A stretch of DNA of 47,870 bases from a virus (Duplodnaviria > Caudoviricetes), in IMG/VR virus record IMGVR_UViG_3300020045_008682, positions 1 through 47,870 of that record; one strand, 5' to 3'. This document shows, piece after piece, positions 42,818 to 47,870 of this stretch. The notes under the pieces were generated by a model, which searched no databases, was not told the origin of the DNA, and worked only from the letters and a program-made list of their open reading frames with translations. Each line of letters starts with the position of its first letter. The stretch's first letter is position 1. The position numbers and the translations under genes were made by a program.

Positions 42818-44535
42818 TGAAAGACATTCAAAAAATAAAAGAATTTTTCTCTAAACCTTTAAATGAGGAAGAAACAGCTATTGACATGGCCAAAAAGCAA
42901 TTAGATCAACTAGGTGCTAAATATGAAATGTCAGGTAATAAATTTAAACCATTTAAGGCAATTTATAAACCAATTGGTAAATCAGATGATTGGTATGATA
43001 AATTTGATGAGATTGTTGATTTATTTAATTTAGGAAGTGCTGTTAAATCATCAATGAGTGAAGCTTCTCAAGCCAAAATACCATATCTTCCTTTATCTAA
43101 AAAAGAAGTTGAAATACTTAATTCAGAAGGTAAAGTAACTAAAACATTTGCAGGTACTGGATTTAGTCATAGAGTTGATCCAAAAACAGTTAATACTTAC
43201 CTTAATGCTACAGAAGTTACTTATACTGATTGGAATACAGGCCAACGAGTAAAAGCACCTGTTGATGTAGAATATTCAAAGCAAGTAGGATCTATTAGTA
43301 TAACAGTTCATAGTGGAAAAAGTATGAATGAAGCTCAAGAAGATTCATTATACAAAGATTGGGATCAATTTGAAAAACCAAGTAAAATTAAAGTTTACTT
43401 AAATAATGGTAAAACATTAGAAATTACTCCTTTAAAATTAAAAGGAGGTAAAAGAGTTTATGACGCAATCTTACAAGCTTTTATAGATGATAGATTTGAT
43501 ATTACAAATAAAGTAATACAGGGAATGACTAATAACTTATCAGAAGCTAAAGAAGAAGATAAAGTAGATACCATTACAATGGATATTCCTTTATTCCTTC
43601 GTATGTTAGAATATTCAAGAGAAGATGCTCAAAAAGATCTAGACTTACATGACGTTACTGAAAAAGCAAATTTGTTAGGTAAAGAAAGAGGTATTTTGTC
43701 TATGGAAGACTACAATGAGATTGTAGGTGCTGCTGAAGAAATTGAAGAAGGATTAAATGAAGCAAAAGGTTCAAAAGGAGATATTGTAATCTATAAAGAT
43801 AAAAATAATAAAAAAATAGAATCTAAAATAGTAAAGGTAGATGTAGATGAAAATGATCCTTTTTCAACTTACGAATTAGAAAATGGAGATTTTGTTAATG
43901 TAAAAGATGTTATTAAGATAAACAAAGCTGTTAAAGAAGCAGTTAATTTAAAAGCATCTAAATTATCATCAGCGGAATATCAAAAAGCTAAAAAATTAAA
44001 AGATTTTAAATCAAGCGATTGGAAATGGAATGCTGACGAGGATTTATATACCAAAGTAAATGAAGCAGAATTAACCGAAGCAAATGTTCCTTCAAATATT
44101 AAAGAATTTGCTAAAAGAAAAGGTGTATCTTCTTTAGTAAATAAAGTAGCAGGCTGGGCTGAAAGAGTAGGTAAAAGAATTGCTGGTGGAACAGCAGTTG
44201 GTATGAATTACAGTACATTAGTTCTAGATTTAGATTATCAACAAAATGGAGAAATTCGTATTAATACAGATAATGAAACAGTAACATTATACGATGAACC
44301 AGTAAATAGTTTCCCTGAATTTAAAAGTGTTTATCTTGATAATAAAGAAGAAGATAATGATTTAGCAGAAAGAATTTCTGAAGCATTAGATAAAATTAAT
44401 GAGGAACTTTGTCCAGCTGGTAAAGCATATATTAAAAGAAGAAAAGCTGCTGGTGAAAAATCATCTGCCTATCTTTCAGGCCGTGCTGTTAAAGTATGTA
44501 AAGGACAAATGTCTGGCAAAGCAAAGAAAAAATAA
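42817..44535 (+). CDS. modular hypothetical protein, probable head-packaged
   Basis: domains separated by LNE/MSE/MNE/LSE/VKE; C-terminal LCPAGKA...SAY.SG.AVKVCKG. Confidence 0.65.
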   Translation: MKDIQKIKEFFSKPLNEEETAIDMAKKQLDQLGAKYEMSGNKFKPFKAIYKPIGKSDDWYDKFDEIVDLFNLGSAVKSSMSEASQAKIPYLPLSKKEVEILNSEGKVTKTFAGTGFSHRVDPKTVNTYLNATEVTYTDWNTGQRVKAPVDVEYSKQVGSISITVHSGKSMNEAQEDSLYKDWDQFEKPSKIKVYLNNGKTLEITPLKLKGGKRVYDAILQAFIDDRFDITNKVIQGMTNNLSEAKEEDKVDTITMDIPLFLRMLEYSREDAQKDLDLHDVTEKANLLGKERGILSMEDYNEIVGAAEEIEEGLNEAKGSKGDIVIYKDKNNKKIESKIVKVDVDENDPFSTYELENGDFVNVKDVIKINKAVKEAVNLKASKLSSAEYQKAKKLKDFKSSDWKWNADEDLYTKVNEAELTEANVPSNIKEFAKRKGVSSLVNKVAGWAERVGKRIAGGTAVGMNYSTLVLDLDYQQNGEIRINTDNETVTLYDEPVNSFPEFKSVYLDNKEEDNDLAERISEALDKINEELCPAGKAYIKRRKAAGEKSSAYLSGRAVKVCKGQMSGKAKKK

Positions 44536-44825
44536 TGGATTTAAGTAAACTACAAGAATTAGTATCTGAATCATTACGTGACTGGTTTAAAAAAGAAGAC
44601 TGGGTGCGTATTGATACTCAAGGTAATATTACTGGTCCTTGTGGTACGATGAAAAAAGGTGGAGCAACAACCCGTTGCTTGCCTCGTAAAAAAGCTCAAT
44701 CATTATCTAAAGCAGAACGTGCTAAAACCTCTAAGAAAAAAGCTGCTGCTTCTCGTAAAGGAAAGCAATTTGTAAAGAACACAAAAAAAGCAGAATATAA
44801 AAAAGGCACATATCATAAAAAATAA
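44535..44825 (+). CDS. small basic protein (DUF5872-like)
   Basis: LRDWFKKEDW...GPCG...RCLP, Lys-rich tail. Confidence 0.55.
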   Translation: MDLSKLQELVSESLRDWFKKEDWVRIDTQGNITGPCGTMKKGGATTRCLPRKKAQSLSKAERAKTSKKKAAASRKGKQFVKNTKKAEYKKGTYHKK

Positions 44826-44845
44826 CATATTTATCAACATATATT

Positions 44846-46027
44846 ATGGCAAAATTTAATTTAAAAGAACATATAACAAAGAATAAATCAACATTTTTTG
44901 GTTCATTAAATGAAGGTCAATTCTCTTGGATGACCCAAGACACAGGCCAACAAATTGGATCTGAAAAAGAAAACAGAATTCCTGTTTATATGTTTGATGA
45001 TAAAGGTAATTTTTGGTATGAGCCAAATTATGATGGATATGGTGATTTTGGCGGTATGGATTACTACTCTTTACTAGATATGATGAATGGTGGTAGAGGT
45101 GATAGAGGTAGAGGTATTGACTTAGCTTTTGGTAATGAAAAAGTAGCCTCTAGAGTATTATTCCCAGCATTAGTTACTAAACCAGATATGTTTAACTATA
45201 AAACTCACGACTTTACTAAAGAAGCAGAATCCGATCCTAACCAATCTTGGTATGCTCCTGAAGAAGATGATTTTTATGATCAAAATGATGAAGAGGTATA
45301 TGGATATGAGGATGATGAAGAAGAATTAGACGAATCAAAAACTATAAATACAAAAATGAAAAAATCAGAATTAAAATCTAAAATCAAAGAAATGATTTTA
45401 GCTGAAATGAACTTAGACATAGATAACATGGAGGATGCTCCAGAATCAGAAGTTGATTTCTTAGCAGAATTAGAAGGTATGTTAAATGAAGCAGAAGGTT
45501 TAACTCCTCTTCAAGACTACGTTTACCAATACGAAATAGAAATTAGTGGTGAAGATAGAGCACAAGAGTTTTTAGATGATATTAAAAAACTAAACACTCC
45601 TAAGGATGTTTATGATTATTATGCTTACGATAGAGACTGGTCAGGTTCTATGGATGATGATTTAGAAAATATTTACAGACAAGTAAAAAGAAAATTTAAA
45701 AATTTAGGAGAAGCTAAAGATGATGAAGAAGTTACAGACGATGTAACAGCAGATGATGTAACAGTAGATGATACAGAAACTATTGATACTACAACTACTA
45801 CAGAAGTTAATCCTGATGTAAAATCAGTTCAAGATGCTTTAACACAAGCCCAAGCAGCAGCTCAAAAATTAGGAGACCAAAAATTAACAGATCAAATTGG
45901 TAATACAATTACTTTCTTTACTCGTAATCACGTAGTTGAAAAAGGTGCTGTAGCTGAAGTTGAAGAAATGGAAGAAGAAACATTAAATGAATCTATGTTT
46001 CCAATGTTAAAGAAAATTTTAAAATAA
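44846..46027 (+). CDS. acidic modular protein, probable head-packaged/scaffold-like
   Basis: FNLKEHI..LNE, MKKSELKSKIKEMI, acidic tracts. Confidence 0.6.
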   Translation: MAKFNLKEHITKNKSTFFGSLNEGQFSWMTQDTGQQIGSEKENRIPVYMFDDKGNFWYEPNYDGYGDFGGMDYYSLLDMMNGGRGDRGRGIDLAFGNEKVASRVLFPALVTKPDMFNYKTHDFTKEAESDPNQSWYAPEEDDFYDQNDEEVYGYEDDEEELDESKTINTKMKKSELKSKIKEMILAEMNLDIDNMEDAPESEVDFLAELEGMLNEAEGLTPLQDYVYQYEIEISGEDRAQEFLDDIKKLNTPKDVYDYYAYDRDWSGSMDDDLENIYRQVKRKFKNLGEAKDDEEVTDDVTADDVTVDDTETIDTTTTTEVNPDVKSVQDALTQAQAAAQKLGDQKLTDQIGNTITFFTRNHVVEKGAVAEVEEMEEETLNESMFPMLKKILK

Positions 46028-46033
46028 AAGTAT

Positions 46034-46204
46034 ATGAACACACAAGAATTAGCAGAAAAAATGGAGTTGTTGTTTGAAGAGTTTAAAGCAGAACATGCTA
46101 AAACTACCAAAGCAGCTCATGGTCGCGCTCGTAAAGCATTAGGTGAAATCAAGAAATTGGTTGCTGAATACCGTAAAGCTTCAATCGATGAGGACAAAAA
46201 GTAA
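46034..46204 (+). CDS. histone H1-like (Hc1-type) small DNA-binding protein
   Basis: 56 aa, KAAHGRARKALGEIKKLVAEYRKAS; not in ORF track. Confidence 0.75.
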   Translation: MNTQELAEKMELLFEEFKAEHAKTTKAAHGRARKALGEIKKLVAEYRKASIDEDKK

Positions 46205-47179
46205 ATGAATAAAAAAGATTTACAAAACGCAATAAGAGAGTTCCTGTCGAAAGACGGGAACTCCCCTATTACTGAAGCTAGTCTAACCAAAGCACAATTA
46301 AATAAAAGGGAAGATTATCTTAAGAATTTAAAAAAGAATAAAAAAGAATTAGTAAAACGATACGGCAAGGATGCCGAATCGGTTATGTATGGTAGAGCAA
46401 CAAACTTAGCTAAAAAAGCCGTATCAGAAATGAATAAAGAAAAATTAAAAGAACTCGTTAGAAAATCGTTGATGAACGAGAATAAAGAATTTACAGAAGA
46501 AGAAATTCAAGATGTAATGAATACATTTAACCTTTCTCGAGAAGAAGCTATAATGCAATTACAACAATCCTATGAAGATTACAAATCTGAAATGGGTGAA
46601 GGTAAAAAATCATTTCCTGATTTAACAGGTGATGGTAAAGTAACTAAAGCAGATATCTTAAAAGGTAGAGGAATTGATTTAGATGAAGATATCGACTTGG
46701 GTCACCAAGATAACGAACCACATATGATCAAAGGCGAATTATACCAGATTGGTAAATACGCTATGGATTTGTATGCTATTCTAGAAGAACTAGAAGAAGC
46801 AGGTGGTGAGTATGATTTCCCTGCTTGGTGGCAATCAAAAATTACTACTGCTAAAAACATGATGTCAAGTGCTAAACATTATCTTGACTTTGAATTAAAA
46901 GAACCAGCTATTGATGCTGCAGTAGACGCATTAACAGGTGAAGAACCTCATATGGGTGAACCTGAAGCTCCAATGATGGAAGGTGAAGTAGAAGAAGTAG
47001 ATAAATTAGCTGCTAAAATTGCTAAAGCACTTAAAGATAAAGCTAATCAATCTCCCGAAGATCAAAATAACATCAAACAAGCTAGAAAAGCTATGAATGA
47101 TGATAAAATTGATATAGCTAAAAAAATCATTAAACCCTACTTATCAGAAAAAATTGCACAACAATTAAAGTCTAAATAA
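46205..47179 (+). CDS. modular hypothetical protein with EF-hand/dockerin-like motif
   Basis: DLTGDGKVTKADIL; YG.DAESVMYGRAT; FPAWWQSKI. Confidence 0.6.
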   Translation: MNKKDLQNAIREFLSKDGNSPITEASLTKAQLNKREDYLKNLKKNKKELVKRYGKDAESVMYGRATNLAKKAVSEMNKEKLKELVRKSLMNENKEFTEEEIQDVMNTFNLSREEAIMQLQQSYEDYKSEMGEGKKSFPDLTGDGKVTKADILKGRGIDLDEDIDLGHQDNEPHMIKGELYQIGKYAMDLYAILEELEEAGGEYDFPAWWQSKITTAKNMMSSAKHYLDFELKEPAIDAAVDALTGEEPHMGEPEAPMMEGEVEEVDKLAAKIAKALKDKANQSPEDQNNIKQARKAMNDDKIDIAKKIIKPYLSEKIAQQLKSK

Positions 47180-47637
47180 TGACTAAAAACGAATTAAAAG
47201 AGAAAATCAAGGTACTTGTTAAACAAGTATACAAACCAGATACTTTATCAATGGATACAAGTACTGATATTACCTTAGATGCTCCTAAATTTCCTGTTTT
47301 AGCAAAATTTCCTGAACTTAAAGATATTATTATTGATTTGTTAACAGACCAATATGAAATCTTTATAACAGATATACAATGGGTTGCTCCTCGTCCCACA
47401 ACTTTTAGAATTGTTTTGGGCAATGGTGAACCATTTTTATTAACTTACACTCCAAGAAGTTGGATTGCTCAAGTTGAAGGTAAAAAATATTACTTATTAA
47501 ACTTAAGCGAAGAAGAACAAGCAGCCCAAGCAATAGCCAGAGTATTAGCTTATGGTGTAACAGAGGAAAAACCAGGTGGAACAGAAACTCCTGAAGAAAC
47601 ACCAGAAGAAACTCCTGAAGAAACACCAGAAGCTTAA
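47179..47637 (+). CDS. hypothetical protein with C-terminal ETPE repeats
   Basis: 152 aa; MTKNELKEKIK N-terminus. Confidence 0.65.
   Translation: MTKNELKEKIKVLVKQVYKPDTLSMDTSTDITLDAPKFPVLAKFPELKDIIIDLLTDQYEIFITDIQWVAPRPTTFRIVLGNGEPFLLTYTPRSWIAQVEGKKYYLLNLSEEEQAAQAIARVLAYGVTEEKPGGTETPEETPEETPEETPEA
47584..47631 (+). repeat. 12-bp coding tandem repeat x4 (ETPE)
   Basis: gaaactcctgaa/gaaacaccagaa alternating. Confidence 0.85.
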
Positions 47638-47870
47638 TTATGAAAGAATTAGATTTATTTTTTAGTATTAGTATTAATTTCTCTATCTGTTACTTCTAAC
47701 AGTAATGTTTCTTTTAATATTCCAAAGCTAAACTCAGGAACATGTTTTTTAATTAATGATTCTAACAAAAAAACATCCTGCTCATTATTCATGTCAGGAT
47801 ATCCTTTGGGAAATTTATAACTAAATCTTTTAAAAAATAAATCTAATTCTTTCATAATTAAGCTTCTGGT
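47625..47870. repeat. perfect 40-bp inverted repeat (47625-47664 / 47831-47870) flanking an inverted gene fragment; probable fold-back artefact
   Basis: MKELDLFF starts on + at 47640 and again on - at 47855; right arm ends exactly at the window end. Confidence 0.8.

Noticed and set aside
11909-47626. Minus-strand and alternate-frame short ORFs inside long + strand genes
   Set aside because: Fully nested antisense or frame shadows with no start context or recognisable motifs.
47655-47855. Genuine minus-strand gene MKELDLFF...
   Set aside because: It is the inverted continuation of the + strand gene starting at 47640, and its stop is created by the fold-back junction.
1-47870. Stop-codon reassignment (TAG recoding) as in some Bacteroidota phages
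   Set aside because: Genes are full length and tightly packed in the standard code, TAG serves as a plausible stop, and no well-formed suppressor tRNA is present.

Overview
This window is part of an AT-rich large (probably jumbo) tailed phage genome, likely a myovirus infecting Bacteroidota. The host call rests on TTG-N20-TAnnTT promoters, A-rich starts without Shine-Dalgarno sites, an Hc1-like protein and D-S/T-x glycosylation sequons. Nearly all genes are on the + strand in the standard genetic code. Layout: early/accessory genes (1-5.3 kb); a dense RNA island (5.3-10.85 kb) with 24 tRNAs covering all 20 amino acids, six tRNA-shaped RNAs lacking a normal anticodon arm and several pseudoknotted ncRNA candidates; tail-fibre and lysis genes (10.9-16.6 kb); a sigma-like gene and baseplate/tail module (18.4-33.4 kb); GIY-YIG nuclease, primase and exonuclease (33.4-35.5 kb); and probable head-packaged proteins (35.6-47.6 kb). 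The top observation is a candidate ribosome-dependent transcription attenuator in front of the main tRNA block. It has a promoter, a 31-codon leader ORF using 18 of 20 amino acids (including a codon for each of the next 11 tRNAs), a long antiterminator overlapping the leader 3' end, and a mutually exclusive intrinsic terminator. It could act as a sensor of the whole host tRNA pool that turns on phage tRNA supply when translation stalls. All protein family and RNA structure calls were made by eye, with no database searches or folding software.
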